Positions 9,322-19,594 of a stretch of DNA of 64,000 nt are shown piece by piece. The number at the start of each line of letters is the position of its first letter. Positions within the stretch are counted from its first letter, which is position 1. The notes under the pieces are model-generated. The model did not search any database and was not told the origin of the DNA. It saw only the letters and a program-made list of their open reading frames with translations. A program made the translations under genes and the position numbers. Source of the DNA: Methanobacteriota archaeon (GTDB taxonomy: Archaea > Halobacteriota > Bog-38 > Methanoflorentales > Methanoflorentaceae); NCBI GenBank assembly GCA_963701995.1, contig OY969693.1, forward strand, positions 1,926,105-1,990,104, read 5' to 3'.

Positions 9322-10098
9322 TCATTGTGGCGCGCTATCAGTCAGGGTCGCATGAACCGTTGAAACGAGCTTTCGGAATGTCGCGTTGCTCGGTATGACG
9401 TCTGCGCGCACCTCGTAACTGCCGAGCGCTTCTGCTGTCGGCCTTCCGATGGCGCCGACGACCCGATTCGCAAATCTCTCGATGAGGTGTTTTTTCATCC
9501 CTATTCGGTCGGCGCAGTCGAACAGGGCGCGCACCGTCATGGCACTCGTAAAGAGAACGCCGGCGACGTCGCTTTCTACCAGCTCGCGTATGAAGTTACG
9601 TTGCTGCTGGCCGCAGAGCTTTTTCAGGGTGTACAGCACGATCTCGTTTACGGTGGCACCGCTGTTCTGGAGCCCTTCCGTTAGTTCGGAGCTGCCAAAA
9701 GCGCTGCGCAACACCCATATGTTCTTGCGCGCAGCATCGCTCAGCATTTGAACGATGCCGCTTGAGCTATACTCTGACGGCATCAGGTCGACGCGGAAAT
9801 GTGCTTTGAGCAACGCGCTTCTCGTCTTGGGACCTATGGCAACCACTTGCGTTGAAGACGGAAAGCTTGCCGCGTTCAATCTGAGTTCCGCGCAGCTGCG
9901 CGCGCCGTTTGCGCTCGTAATCACAACGTAGTCGACGCGGCCCGTTTTGAGTTCGTCCAAGAACGTAGGCCAGAGTAAGTCTCGTATCGGTACGATGTCA
10001 ACCATTGTGGTCGCGAGCACGCCGTACCCAAAGGATTCGACAACTTTCTTCGAATCCTCGAGTTGGTTGTCAGGTCGAATGATTGCTAGGGTCTTCAT
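9322..10098 (-). CDS. hemD: Uroporphyrinogen-III synthase
   Basis: 258-aa ORF with a HemD-like two-lobe pattern (..YVVITSANGAR.. / ..VLFTSAMTVRA..). Last gene of the tetrapyrrole operon; overlaps the cobA stop. Confidence 0.75.
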   Translation of the reverse strand: MKTLAIIRPDNQLEDSKKVVESFGYGVLATTMVDIVPIRDLLWPTFLDELKTGRVDYVVITSANGARSCAELRLNAASFPSSTQVVAIGPKTRSALLKAHFRVDLMPSEYSSSGIVQMLSDAARKNIWVLRSAFGSSELTEGLQNSGATVNEIVLYTLKKLCGQQQRNFIRELVESDVAGVLFTSAMTVRALFDCADRIGMKKHLIERFANRVVGAIGRPTAEALGSYEVRADVIPSNATFRKLVSTVHATLTDSAPQ

Positions 10099-10846
10099 CG
10101 CTTGGCTGTAGGATGTGTTTGAGTTTGACCACGTCGCCGATGATCAGCACCGCTGGGGCTTTCAGGTCGGCATCTTTGGCCTTGCGTGCGATGTCGCTAA
10201 GAGTCCCGACGACAACTTTCTGGCGTGGCGTCGTTCCCTGTGCTATGATTGCAGCAGGCGTTTGTGCGTTCTTTCCACACGCGACCAGGTTCGAGACGTT
10301 TTCTGCGAGCGTGCCCACGCCCATCAGTACGACGAGGGTGCCATCAAGCTGTGCGAGGACTTCCCACTGCAGCCGATTGCCCGCCGCCTCATGACCCGTA
10401 ATGATGGTGACGCTTGAGGCGTAGTCTCGGTGCGTGACCGGTATGCCGGCATACGCAGGAACGGCGACCGCCGATGAAATGCCGGGCACGACCTCCACGT
10501 CGACGCCGTGGCGCATGAGTTCCTCTGCCTCTTCTCCTCCCCGACCAAACACGAAGGGATCACCTCCTTTGAGCCGCACGACGGTCTTGCCTTGACGAGC
10601 GTAGCTGACAAGCAGCTCGTTTATCTTGTGCTGCGGCACCTTGTGGCGGTCCGGATCCTTTCCGACATCCAAGAGCTCCGTCCCGTGGGGAACGAGCGCG
10701 ACGATGCGGTCGTCGACGAGTTTGTCGTATAACACCACGTTGGCGTCTTTGATCACGCGCTCTGCTTTTCGTGTCAGCAGGTCCGGATCACCCGGGCCCG
10801 CGCCTACCAGAAAGACCTTTCCTTTGCTGCGGCGTGTCGGGGTCAT
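10070..10846 (-). CDS. cobA: Uroporphyrinogen-III C-methyltransferase (SUMT)
   Basis: GKVFLVGAGPGDPDLLTRKAERVIKDANVVLYDKLV and VVRLKGGDPFVFGRGGEE are hallmark SUMT motifs. Start moved to the ATG at 10846, 7 nt after the hemC stop. Confidence 0.9.
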   Translation of the reverse strand: MTPTRRSKGKVFLVGAGPGDPDLLTRKAERVIKDANVVLYDKLVDDRIVALVPHGTELLDVGKDPDRHKVPQHKINELLVSYARQGKTVVRLKGGDPFVFGRGGEEAEELMRHGVDVEVVPGISSAVAVPAYAGIPVTHRDYASSVTIITGHEAAGNRLQWEVLAQLDGTLVVLMGVGTLAENVSNLVACGKNAQTPAAIIAQGTTPRQKVVVGTLSDIARKAKDADLKAPAVLIIGDVVKLKHILQPSDEDPSNHST

Positions 10847-10853
10847 AGGTCGA

Positions 10854-11753
10854 CTAAGCGCTGAAGCCGGTTGCGATGGCTTCTGCAATCAACGCTTCAC
10901 CTCCGTTTTCTTTTAGTCGGAGTGCGAATGCTCGAGAATCGTGGTCGTAGTTCTCGATGGACATGTGATCGGCGAGGCGGACCGCCCGCTGCCCATCAAG
11001 GGAGAGCACCTCGGCGGTGACGCTGACCGAGTCGCCTTGGAGTTGCGCGAAGACGCCGAGGGGAACCAAACATCCGCCGCCCAGAGTCTCCATGATGATG
11101 CGCTCGACCATCGCTTCGACGAGCGTGGCTTTGTCATTGAGTGCAGAGATGGCCTCATACTCTCGGATCTCCTCGCTCGCCATTATGCCGATTATTCCTT
11201 GATTCGGAGAGGGCACGAACGGCAAGCGCTTCTGCTTGATGCGCACGCCCAAACGCTCGAGCCCTGCTTCCGCGAGAACGATCGCGCTAAACTCGCTCGC
11301 TCTCAGTTTTCGCATTCGCGTGTCCACGTTGCCTCGAATTTGTCTGCGAACGTCCTGCGGAAAGTAGCGCGCCAATTGCGCGTGCCGTCTCAAGCTCGAG
11401 GTGCCTACGACGGCTCCGTCACGCAGCGGACGTTCAAATATAAGAACGTCATACGGTGAAGCACGCGGCAGCACGGCACACACGCCTGTCTCCTGCGGCC
11501 GTTTCGTGGGCACGTCCTTCATACTGTGCACCGCCACGTCGATGTCGCCAGCGAGCATTCGGTCGTCGATCTCGCGCACAAACGCCCCGATGCCGGCCTC
11601 GCGGAAGGGCTTGTCGGTGAAGCTGTCGCCGCTCGTTTTTACGATGACAAGCTCGCCCTCTACACCGTTTTTTGCTAGCACGCGCTTAACGGTCTCTGCC
11701 TGAATCAATGCGAGTTTGCTGCCTCGGGTGCCGATACGCAGTATGTTGATCAC
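10854..11753 (-). CDS. hemC: Porphobilinogen deaminase (hydroxymethylbilane synthase)
   Basis: LRIGTRGSKLALIQAE..., IDVAVHSMKDVP and IRGNVDTRMRKL motifs. Confidence 0.9.
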   Translation of the reverse strand: MINILRIGTRGSKLALIQAETVKRVLAKNGVEGELVIVKTSGDSFTDKPFREAGIGAFVREIDDRMLAGDIDVAVHSMKDVPTKRPQETGVCAVLPRASPYDVLIFERPLRDGAVVGTSSLRRHAQLARYFPQDVRRQIRGNVDTRMRKLRASEFSAIVLAEAGLERLGVRIKQKRLPFVPSPNQGIIGIMASEEIREYEAISALNDKATLVEAMVERIIMETLGGGCLVPLGVFAQLQGDSVSVTAEVLSLDGQRAVRLADHMSIENYDHDSRAFALRLKENGGEALIAEAIATGFSA

Positions 11754-11786
11754 TCTCTATTCGTTGTTCGCAGTCGCCACTGCGTG

Positions 11787-13076
11787 CTAGTAACCCGGGG
11801 TGTCGACGTCAAGGCTGTAAAGCTGTTCGAACGCGTTTGCGCACGCACGGATGGTGTACTCCAGATCTTCGTTTGAGTGTGCCAGTGAGATAAAGTTGGT
11901 CTCATATTGCGACGGAGCCAAGAAGATTCCTTCGTCGCGCATATACGCGCTGAATTTCTTGTACAGGTCGGCGTCGCAGGTCAGCGCGTCCCGATAGTTC
12001 CTGACCGGTTTTTCGGTGAAAAAGACCTGGAACAGTGTCCCTATCCCCTGCACCGAGATATGGACGTCGAGCTCTTCGAGGAGGTCGACAAGCATCCGTC
12101 TAAGGAGGTCCCCCAAGCCGTTGACGCGTCGATAACCCTCCTCGTTTAACACGCTAAGCGTCGCCAGGCCCGCGGCGAGTGAAACGGGATGTCCGCTGAA
12201 CGTCCCCGCGTTAAACACGCCTCCCGACGGGGCAACACATTCCATAATCTCCCTTGTGCCGCCAAAAACCCCCATCGGAAATCCTCCGCCGACGATTTTT
12301 CCGAGGGTGGTCAGGTCAGGAGTGACCCCGTAAAGGCACTGTGCCCCGCCGATACACAGTCGGAAGCCGGTAATCACTTCGTCAAATATCAGCAGCGTCT
12401 CGTTCTCTTCGGTAACTTTTCGTACGTCCGACAGGTAAGTCTCTTCGGGCACTACTGGCCCGATGTTGCCCATCACCGGTTCAATGATAAGACATGCTGC
12501 GTCATTTCTTTCTAAAGCGCCTGAAAGGGCTTCAACGTCGTTGAACGGCACTTGCACTGTGTGTTTCACCGCCGCTGCGGGAACCCCCAACGAGCTCGCA
12601 GCCGAGATGGCGGCTGAGCCTGGCTTTACAAGTACCGCGTCATGCGCGCCGTGGTAGCCCCCCTCGACCTTCACGATGGTGTCTTTTCCGGTAAACCCTC
12701 GGGCGGCGCGAATCGCGCTCATCGTGGCCTCGGTACCCGTCGATACGAACCGAAGCATCTCCATTGACGGGAAGTCCGCTTGAATGCGCTCCGCGAGGTC
12801 AATCTCAGCCTTGACCGGGGTGCCATAGTCCCACCCCGACTTCAGCTGTGCGGCCACCGCCGCGTAGACCGCCGGGTGAGCGTGGCCAAGGATGAGCGGG
12901 CCGTATCCCATGCAATAATCAATGTACAGGTTGCCGTCGGCGTCCCATATGCGAGAATCGCTCGCCTTCTGGACGTAAAACGGATACGGGTCAATCGCCC
13001 GGACCGGGCTTGAAACGCCGCCAGGCATCAGCTTTCGGGCTTTTTCATACAGCTTCGCAGACTCGTCTGTTCGCAT
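11787..13076 (-). CDS. hemL: Glutamate-1-semialdehyde 2,1-aminomutase
   Basis: 429 aa. KLMPGGVSSPVRA, DYCMGYGPLILGHAHP and LIFDEVITGFR..TTLGKIVGGG (PLP lysine region). Confidence 0.92.
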   Translation of the reverse strand: MRTDESAKLYEKARKLMPGGVSSPVRAIDPYPFYVQKASDSRIWDADGNLYIDYCMGYGPLILGHAHPAVYAAVAAQLKSGWDYGTPVKAEIDLAERIQADFPSMEMLRFVSTGTEATMSAIRAARGFTGKDTIVKVEGGYHGAHDAVLVKPGSAAISAASSLGVPAAAVKHTVQVPFNDVEALSGALERNDAACLIIEPVMGNIGPVVPEETYLSDVRKVTEENETLLIFDEVITGFRLCIGGAQCLYGVTPDLTTLGKIVGGGFPMGVFGGTREIMECVAPSGGVFNAGTFSGHPVSLAAGLATLSVLNEEGYRRVNGLGDLLRRMLVDLLEELDVHISVQGIGTLFQVFFTEKPVRNYRDALTCDADLYKKFSAYMRDEGIFLAPSQYETNFISLAHSNEDLEYTIRACANAFEQLYSLDVDTPGY

Positions 13077-13088
13077 CGGTACACTCCT

Positions 13089-14048
13089 TCACTGTGAAGC
13101 CAGTCTCTTTGCGGCCTCTTTGGCAAAATACGTTACGATCATATCGGCTCCGGCGCGCTTTATTGAAAGGAGCGTCTCGTAGATAGCTTCATCCGTCAAA
13201 TGGCCGTTGTCGATCGCTGATCGCAACATTGCGTATTCCCCGCTGACGCTGTACGCTGCGACCGGGACGCCGAAGGTGTGCTTGATCCGGTAGATGATAT
13301 CCAGATAGGGCAGTGCCGGTTTGATCATAATGATATCGGCACCCTCCTCCAAGTCCAAACGCACCTCACGTACCGCTTCGTTGGTGTTGGCAGGGTCCAT
13401 TTGATGTGCTGAGCGATCGCCGAACGCGCACCCCGAGTCCACGGCGTCCCGGAACGGCGCATAGAAGCTCGAACAGTATTTTGCGGCGTACGGCATGAGG
13501 GCGACCGCGTCAAACCCTTCTTCGTCGAGCTTCGTTCGTATCGCGCCGACCGTCCCGTCGATCATGCCCGATGGCGCGACAATGTCGACCCCGGCGCGCG
13601 CGTACGATGCCGCGACCCGTTGGAGCATCTCCAGGGTCGGATCGCGGCGGATGGTGCCCGCTGCATCGACGATGCCGCAGTGTCCGTGGCTCGTGTACTC
13701 GCACAGGCACGTGTCGGCGATAACCGTGGCTTTTGGCACGTTCGCCTTTATCGCACTTATGGTATCTTGCACGATGCCGCTGAGCGCGGAGCTCCCCGTC
13801 TCGTCTTTGTGGCGTGGCACCCCGAACACGATCACGGCGGGAATGCCCAGCTTCGTGACCTCCTCGGCTTCGAGTATGGCGGTTTCAACGGTATGACGAG
13901 AAAACCCCAGCAGGGAGGGAATCGAGACCGGCGCTCGCAGGTTCTCGTCGACAAACAGCGGGCATATCAAGTCGTGCGGGTGCAGTGACGTCTCTCGAAT
14001 CAGCGTGCTGATGCCCTTTTTTCGGAGCCGTGCGGGTCGACCGGCCAC
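13089..14048 (-). CDS. hemB: Porphobilinogen synthase (ALA dehydratase)
   Basis: 319 aa. [35 protein letters not shown] and [13 protein letters not shown]. Confidence 0.92.
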   Translation of the reverse strand: MAGRPARLRKKGISTLIRETSLHPHDLICPLFVDENLRAPVSIPSLLGFSRHTVETAILEAEEVTKLGIPAVIVFGVPRHKDETGSSALSGIVQDTISAIKANVPKATVIADTCLCEYTSHGHCGIVDAAGTIRRDPTLEMLQRVAASYARAGVDIVAPSGMIDGTVGAIRTKLDEEGFDAVALMPYAAKYCSSFYAPFRDAVDSGCAFGDRSAHQMDPANTNEAVREVRLDLEEGADIIMIKPALPYLDIIYRIKHTFGVPVAAYSVSGEYAMLRSAIDNGHLTDEAIYETLLSIKRAGADMIVTYFAKEAAKRLASQ

Positions 14049-14049
14049 G

Positions 14050-15297
14050 TTAATCAGCCTCGCGTTTGAAGAGCTTGTGCGCCGAGCGCATCAGGTCATC
14101 ATCGTCGTTAGCCGCCGCCTCTCGCAGCGAAGCGGTCAGCTCGAACAGCAGCTTGTTGACGATCGAAGCGGTGAGATCGTCTAGGATCTGTTGATAGTTG
14201 CGCAAGTCGTCCGCGCTTTGCATGCGTTTGCGCGCTTTTTCCAATTCGCGAATCCTGAGCTCCTCTGCGCTCTGATACAAGCCTGCGATCAGCTCATTCG
14301 CGCGGGCTTTCTTATACTGCTCTTCGAGAAGGTTTAACTCCTGATTGATGATCGCGACCACCTTTCCGATCTCAGAACGCCGCTTTTTGAGGTTTTCCTC
14401 GGTGATTTTTCGGAGGTCGTCTATGTTGTGCAGCTCAACGTTGTCGATCGTCGCCGCGGCCTCTTCGACGTCGCGCGGGTTGGCGATGTCGATAATGACG
14501 AGCGAGTGGCCGTCTCGCCGCTGCATCGCGCGCCTCACCTGATCACGCGTCAATATGTAGTGCGGCGCGGCCGTCGCGCTTATGACGAGGTCCGCTTCGC
14601 ACAGGTAATCGTCTATTGTGTCAAATCGTATCGCCGTTCCGCCAAGCTGCTTGGCGAGGGTTTGGGCCCGTCGAAAGGTTCGGTTGGACACGAACATCGC
14701 TTTCAGTTTTCGCTCGGCGAGGGCGACCGCCACGAGTGTTCCCAGCTCACCGGCCCCGATGCTCAGAATTGACTTGTCGTCGAGGGTGCCCATGAGACGT
14801 TCGGCCAGGTCGACGGCGGCAGAGCCGACGGAGACTGAACCGCGGTTGATCTGCGTCTCGGTACGCACGCGCTTTCCGACCTTGATGGCCTTGGAAAACG
14901 CCAAACTCAGCTCTGGTCCCAGCGTTCGCTCTTTGCTCGCGGTTTCCACTGCATCCTTAAGCTGACCGAGTATTTGGTCCTCACCGATGATCATCGAATC
15001 GAGGCCCGATGCCAGGCGCATCAGGTGTCGGAGTGACTCGCGTGACTCATTATGGGCGATGAGCTCGTGGGGCACGGACGGGAAGAAACGTGCGGTGAAA
15101 GCGGCGACGTCGAACTCGCTGTTGACGTCAAGGTAGAGCTCAACCCGGTTGCACGTCTGGACGATGGCACACTCACGGACACCGTCTGCTGAACGCATAG
15201 CCCGCAACGCGTCCTCTGGGTTGTCGATGCGGGCGCACTCGAGATCGTTCAGGCTTGCCCATTTGTGCGAGATTGAGACGTTGGTGATCCCGTTCAC
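14050..15297 (-). CDS. hemA: Glutamyl-tRNA reductase
   Basis: 415 aa. [10 protein letters not shown] active-site motif and a Rossmann segment [10 protein letters not shown]. Confidence 0.9.
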   Translation of the reverse strand: MNGITNVSISHKWASLNDLECARIDNPEDALRAMRSADGVRECAIVQTCNRVELYLDVNSEFDVAAFTARFFPSVPHELIAHNESRESLRHLMRLASGLDSMIIGEDQILGQLKDAVETASKERTLGPELSLAFSKAIKVGKRVRTETQINRGSVSVGSAAVDLAERLMGTLDDKSILSIGAGELGTLVAVALAERKLKAMFVSNRTFRRAQTLAKQLGGTAIRFDTIDDYLCEADLVISATAAPHYILTRDQVRRAMQRRDGHSLVIIDIANPRDVEEAAATIDNVELHNIDDLRKITEENLKKRRSEIGKVVAIINQELNLLEEQYKKARANELIAGLYQSAEELRIRELEKARKRMQSADDLRNYQQILDDLTASIVNKLLFELTASLREAAANDDDDLMRSAHKLFKREAD

Positions 15298-15308
15298 GTT
15301 AGAACCCC

Positions 15309-15959
15309 TTATGTCGTGGCGCGCGGCTTCGTTCGCTCGTGTTCCACGATTTCAAGCGCCGTGTGGAGCCCTGCGTCGTAGCTGCGCGCCAGTGCCGTCC
15401 ACACGCCGTGGTCATTGATGATTGACTCAAGGATGCGCCTTCGCTCAAGCTGGCTGTCAATCTCCTTTTTTAGAATGCTTCGCAGCTCGTTTTGGAGCGT
15501 AACCATGAGGGCGACGTTCTCGATGAGCTCCTCGATGCGCAGCCTCAGAAATCGGGCTGCCGCGGGACTTTTGCCCATCGTCGAGATCCCAATGTGGATG
15601 TCGTCCTTGTGGATGACCGACGGCACGATAACCTCGCCGATATCGTCAACCTGGTTTACGAGGATGTTCAAAGCCTTTGCCTGATCGGCTATCAACCCGT
15701 TGAGCGCGCGGTTGTTGGTCGCAGGAACGACGATGAACGCGCCGTCGAGGTACTTTTTGACGTCTTTTAGATCGTCGACGATCGCGTCGACAAGCCCACT
15801 GTCTGCCATTTTCATCAATTCAGGGGTGAAGCTGGTGCTCACCACTTTGGTTAGCCCGTAGGCGCAAAACATCTTAGCCTTCCTCTCTCCGACGTGTCCA
15901 CCGCCGAATATGACGATGCACTTGTCTCGCAGGTCGATAAAAAGGGGCACGTGAGCCAT
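15309..15959 (-). CDS. sirC: Precorrin-2 dehydrogenase / sirohydrochlorin ferrochelatase (siroheme synthase N-terminal-type)
   Basis: 216 aa. PLFIDLRDKCIVIFGGGHVGERKAKMF Rossmann start, typical of SirC/Met8/CysG-N. First gene of the operon. Confidence 0.8.
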   Translation of the reverse strand: MAHVPLFIDLRDKCIVIFGGGHVGERKAKMFCAYGLTKVVSTSFTPELMKMADSGLVDAIVDDLKDVKKYLDGAFIVVPATNNRALNGLIADQAKALNILVNQVDDIGEVIVPSVIHKDDIHIGISTMGKSPAAARFLRLRIEELIENVALMVTLQNELRSILKKEIDSQLERRRILESIINDHGVWTALARSYDAGLHTALEIVEHERTKPRATT

Positions 15960-16169
15960 AACAATGCCAACTCTGAACGGTGTGTCGCTTGCTGACCGCT
16001 CGCCAAAATGACGCAGCGCTCGTTTTAGGATAGCCCGGCTGGTTCAAATTCCTACCACGTCATCCTGGTATAAATGCTTACCTCCGGCCCGGCGGCGCCA
16101 GGATCGTCGTCACGTCGCTGTTTCAGGCTAAAAATCGCGGGGAGAGGGAAAAAGCTGGGGGTCGCCCCT

Positions 16170-16895
16170 TTACTCGTGCGTCGTGTTTTCTTCGGGCGAC
16201 TTCACGTCGATTTCTATGTTTTTGACCGTCCCGTCATCAGTTTCTACTACGGCAATCAATTTGATCAGCTTTCCTGCCTGCAGGTCGATCTTCTGCGCGG
16301 ATTCCTGCGATACCAATTTGCGTAGTGACTCTTGAGCCCGCCGCTTCACCATGTCACTCGGATCTTGCAGCGATTTGGTCAATGCATCGAACGCCTTGCT
16401 ATCGGCGATCGCCCCGAGGGCCTTGGTTGCACTGTATCGGATGATCGCGTCTCGGTCGGAAAGCAGCGCTATCAGAGGCTCTATGGCACGCGCATCGCCG
16501 ATCTGCCCAAGGGCTTCGATCGACCAGTAACGCGTGTTTAGGTCTGGGCCATGAATGACCCGCAGTAATGGCTTGACGGCTGGCCGGCCGATTTTCGCCA
16601 GCGCCTCGGCACAATACGCGTCGATGCCGCCCCACGTTTTTTTGAAGGCGCCGATGAGGTACAGAACAGCCCGTGCAGAGCCGATCTCTCCCAACGCCCA
16701 TGCGGCATTCCGGCGTACTGGCCAGTGATCGTCGTTTAGCGCCTCTATCAAGGCGTCGGTGGCGGCTTCGTCCTTCAGCCCTCCGAGCCCCTCGGCGACC
16801 TGCGATCGAATGTCTGCGTCGGGGTCTTTCAGCGCATTAATCAGTCCATAGAGGTTTTTTTTCTCCTTGAGCTTCGCGATATCGACTGGTCCCAT
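16170..16895 (-). CDS. HEAT-repeat (PBS-lyase HEAT-like) protein
   Basis: Repeated ..D.D..VR..AA.ALG.IGD.RA.EPLI.AL.D units (e.g. DADIRSQVAEGLGGL, HWPVRRNAAWALGEIGSARAV). Confidence 0.8.
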   Translation of the reverse strand: MGPVDIAKLKEKKNLYGLINALKDPDADIRSQVAEGLGGLKDEAATDALIEALNDDHWPVRRNAAWALGEIGSARAVLYLIGAFKKTWGGIDAYCAEALAKIGRPAVKPLLRVIHGPDLNTRYWSIEALGQIGDARAIEPLIALLSDRDAIIRYSATKALGAIADSKAFDALTKSLQDPSDMVKRRAQESLRKLVSQESAQKIDLQAGKLIKLIAVVETDDGTVKNIEIDVKSPEENTTHE

Positions 16896-16949
16896 ATGCG
16901 CGTACCCTTGATTGTCGGCGAGCGAATTCTGCGCGTTGTCAACAAACAG

Positions 16950-17894
16950 CTAGTCAGTAATTCTCGCAGTCGACCCACTTTTTGAGAGCACGACGACGCG
17001 ACTAACGGGAGATCCCGCGGCGACAGCGTAGCCTACTCGTTCTGCGATATCGTACGCAAACGACATAACGCCTTCGTACGACATCATCGCCGTGCGCGGC
17101 AGTCGTTTTCGCGAGAAGCCGAGGTGCATATACGATTTCACCTCGACGTAGTCGGGTTCGGCCAATTCGATGAGCTTCGCGTAGCCCGGCTCTCCGAAAG
17201 CGTTGACCTCGTTTGCAAGCGTGATGCGAATCGCCGTGCGCGAGGGATGATCAACGAGAACGCGCAGCGACTCGAGCAGGTGCTCAAATCGACGCGTTTG
17301 CGGCCTGCAGACCGCATAGAAATGCTCTTCGTCCGGGCTATTCAGTGAGACATAGAGTTGGGTCGGGCGTATGTCTTCGAGCACCTCCGGGTGACTGCCG
17401 TTTGACACGACGAAGGTTGTCATGTGTTCGCCGTGGTAGCGTTTGATAAGCTCGTCGAGATACGGGTAGAGCGTTGGTTCGCCGCTAAGTGAGATGGCCA
17501 CTTGGCTCGGATTATAAGCTTCTTCCAGCTTGTGCACGTCCGTTGTCGAGGAGCCTTTATAGCCTGAGATAAGCCTCCTCTGTGCCGCTATCGACCCTTC
17601 GACGAGGGTCTGCGGCTCGTCGAAGGTGACCTTCTCTGCCGCGTCGAGATCAGTGGCCCTCCAGCAGTGAAGGCACTGCTGATTGCAGCGCAGTGTCGGC
17701 GTCATTTGAATGCACCGGTGGGCGTGAATACCGTAGAACTGCTCTTTGTAGCACACGCCTTCGTCGCGGAGTGACTTTTTCAGCCAAAGACAGGGTTTGA
17801 CGGCCCCGCCGCAGCCGACGGCGTGATAACCCTGTTTTGCCAGCGTCTGGCGGTAGGACAGGGGGGCTGACTCGCTAGCCTTCTTTCGTCGCAT
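16950..17894 (-). CDS. taw1: tRNA 4-demethylwyosine synthase (radical SAM, Taw1/TYW1)
   Basis: 314 aa. GCGGAVKPCLWLKKSL, CIQMTPTLRCNQQCLHCWR cluster motifs and ISLSGEPTLYPYL. Confidence 0.85.
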   Translation of the reverse strand: MRRKKASESAPLSYRQTLAKQGYHAVGCGGAVKPCLWLKKSLRDEGVCYKEQFYGIHAHRCIQMTPTLRCNQQCLHCWRATDLDAAEKVTFDEPQTLVEGSIAAQRRLISGYKGSSTTDVHKLEEAYNPSQVAISLSGEPTLYPYLDELIKRYHGEHMTTFVVSNGSHPEVLEDIRPTQLYVSLNSPDEEHFYAVCRPQTRRFEHLLESLRVLVDHPSRTAIRITLANEVNAFGEPGYAKLIELAEPDYVEVKSYMHLGFSRKRLPRTAMMSYEGVMSFAYDIAERVGYAVAAGSPVSRVVVLSKSGSTARITD

Positions 17895-17913
17895 AAACGG
17901 GCACTCCGTACAC

Positions 17914-19584
17914 TCACATCGAATCTACGGGTTCGATTCCGAGACAATTCAGTACGTTTCGTAACACGATGCGCGCACACGTCACTAACGCCAGCCGCGC
18001 GCGAGACATCGCGGGTTCTGCTGAGAGCACGGGCATGAACCGATAGAACTGATTGAACGCCTCAGCAAGCTCGCGCGCGTAGGCGGCCAGCGCGCTTACG
18101 CTGAAGTTCGCCGTGACGTCCTCGATCACTGCGGGAAACAGTGCACACAGCTTAATGAGCTTTACCTCGTATTCATCGGTCAGCAAGTCTGGCTCGTACT
18201 GATTGTCGAATGTGGTTTTTGTTAGTATGCTGGTCGCGCGCGCGTGCGCGTACTGCAAAAACGGTCCTCCCTGACGTTCGAAATCGAGGGCTTCGTTCCA
18301 GTCAAAGACCATCGACTTGTCCGTCGACACCCGGAGCATATCATAACGCGTCGCGCCGATGCCCACCGCTTGTGCTATCGCGCGCTTTTCGTCTTCTGAC
18401 AGCGTCGGGCGCCGCTTGTCGACCTCTTCGTAAGCTTTTTCGGTCACCTTTTCTAATACCTCGTCTGCGCTGATGAAATGGCCCCGACGCGTACTCATTG
18501 AGCCCTCGGGTAGCGAGACGAACTCAAAAAACACGACCTCGGGGGCGTTGATGGTCAGCAGCTCGAGCACTTTGCCGACCTGAAGGGCGGTCAGCCTGTG
18601 GTCGGCGCCGAGTACGTTGATCATGCGGTTGCATCGTCCCGCCTTCCAGACGTGGTAGGCGATATCGCGCGTCGCGTACACCGACGTGCCGTCAGAGCGC
18701 CGCACCACGAGGTTCTTGCTGATACCGAACGGCGATAAATCGACGTGCGTTGACCCATCACGTTCGGTGACTCCATGGTTTCGCAGCTCGGCGATGATGC
18801 CGTCGATGTCGTCGAGGAACTCGCTCTCCCACACAAACCGATCGTGGGCGACGTGAAGGTTTTTGAGGGTCTCGTTAATGCCGCGCAAGCAAAATTCGAC
18901 CGCGTCCTTGAAAAGCCACTCTACGTCTTGATCGCCGCTTTCGAAGCGCTGCATAAGCTGCCGGACTTCAACGAGCTTCGTGGGGTGGAGCTCCACATCG
19001 GCGTTCGCCTTGACATAGATATCAGCGGTGGCGTGATCTGACTTCTTCCCCTCGGTGAGCGCGAAGTTCATAATGCCCCAGACGACGAGCGCGATCTGTC
19101 TGCCCATATCGTTGACGTAGTATTGGGTCTCTACGTGGTACCCTGCCTGCTGCAGACAGCGCTTCAGTGTGTCGCCGATCACCGAGTTACGAATGTGACC
19201 GATGTGCAGGGGTCCGTTAGGGTTCGCTGAGGTGTGTTCGAGAATCACCACCCCCTTCGCGTCGATGCCGCCGTAGTCACGATCCGCCTGAAGCACGGTG
19301 CTGAGCGTATGACGTAGGTAGTCAGTGCTTACGAAGAAGTTGATGTACGGTCCCGCTGTCTCGGCCCGCGCTACGAGCTCGTCAGCGCCGAGGTACTTGG
19401 TGACGTTTTGCGCAATCTCATGAGGCTTCAGTCTGAGAACGGGCGCGAGCTTAAAGGCTATGAGGCTGGTCAGATCGGCATAGCCAGGCTTGACGGTAAG
19501 TGCGAGGTCGTCGCATGGATACTGGCACTTTTGCAACGCCTCAGCTAACACCTGCTCGACGTGCCTGCGGAAGGTCAGAAACAC
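17914..19584 (-). CDS. argS: Arginine--tRNA ligase
   Basis: HIGH motif SANPNGPLHIGHIRN and C-terminal anticodon-binding domain. Start placed at the GTG (19582-19584), preceded by GGAGG and directly after the prf1 stop; the track ORF extends to 19638. Confidence 0.9.
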   Translation of the reverse strand: MFLTFRRHVEQVLAEALQKCQYPCDDLALTVKPGYADLTSLIAFKLAPVLRLKPHEIAQNVTKYLGADELVARAETAGPYINFFVSTDYLRHTLSTVLQADRDYGGIDAKGVVILEHTSANPNGPLHIGHIRNSVIGDTLKRCLQQAGYHVETQYYVNDMGRQIALVVWGIMNFALTEGKKSDHATADIYVKANADVELHPTKLVEVRQLMQRFESGDQDVEWLFKDAVEFCLRGINETLKNLHVAHDRFVWESEFLDDIDGIIAELRNHGVTERDGSTHVDLSPFGISKNLVVRRSDGTSVYATRDIAYHVWKAGRCNRMINVLGADHRLTALQVGKVLELLTINAPEVVFFEFVSLPEGSMSTRRGHFISADEVLEKVTEKAYEEVDKRRPTLSEDEKRAIAQAVGIGATRYDMLRVSTDKSMVFDWNEALDFERQGGPFLQYAHARATSILTKTTFDNQYEPDLLTDEYEVKLIKLCALFPAVIEDVTANFSVSALAAYARELAEAFNQFYRFMPVLSAEPAMSRARLALVTCARIVLRNVLNCLGIEPVDSM

Positions 19585-19594
19585 GAGGCCCTCC

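Noticed and set aside
16031-16056. T-loop-like GGTTCAAATTCC between sirC and the HEAT gene
   Set aside because: The flanking bases do not form a T-stem or an acceptor stem, so there is no cloverleaf.
17929-17940. GGGTTCGATTCC T-arm-like motif
   Set aside because: It lies inside the well-supported argS coding sequence and has no surrounding tRNA structure.
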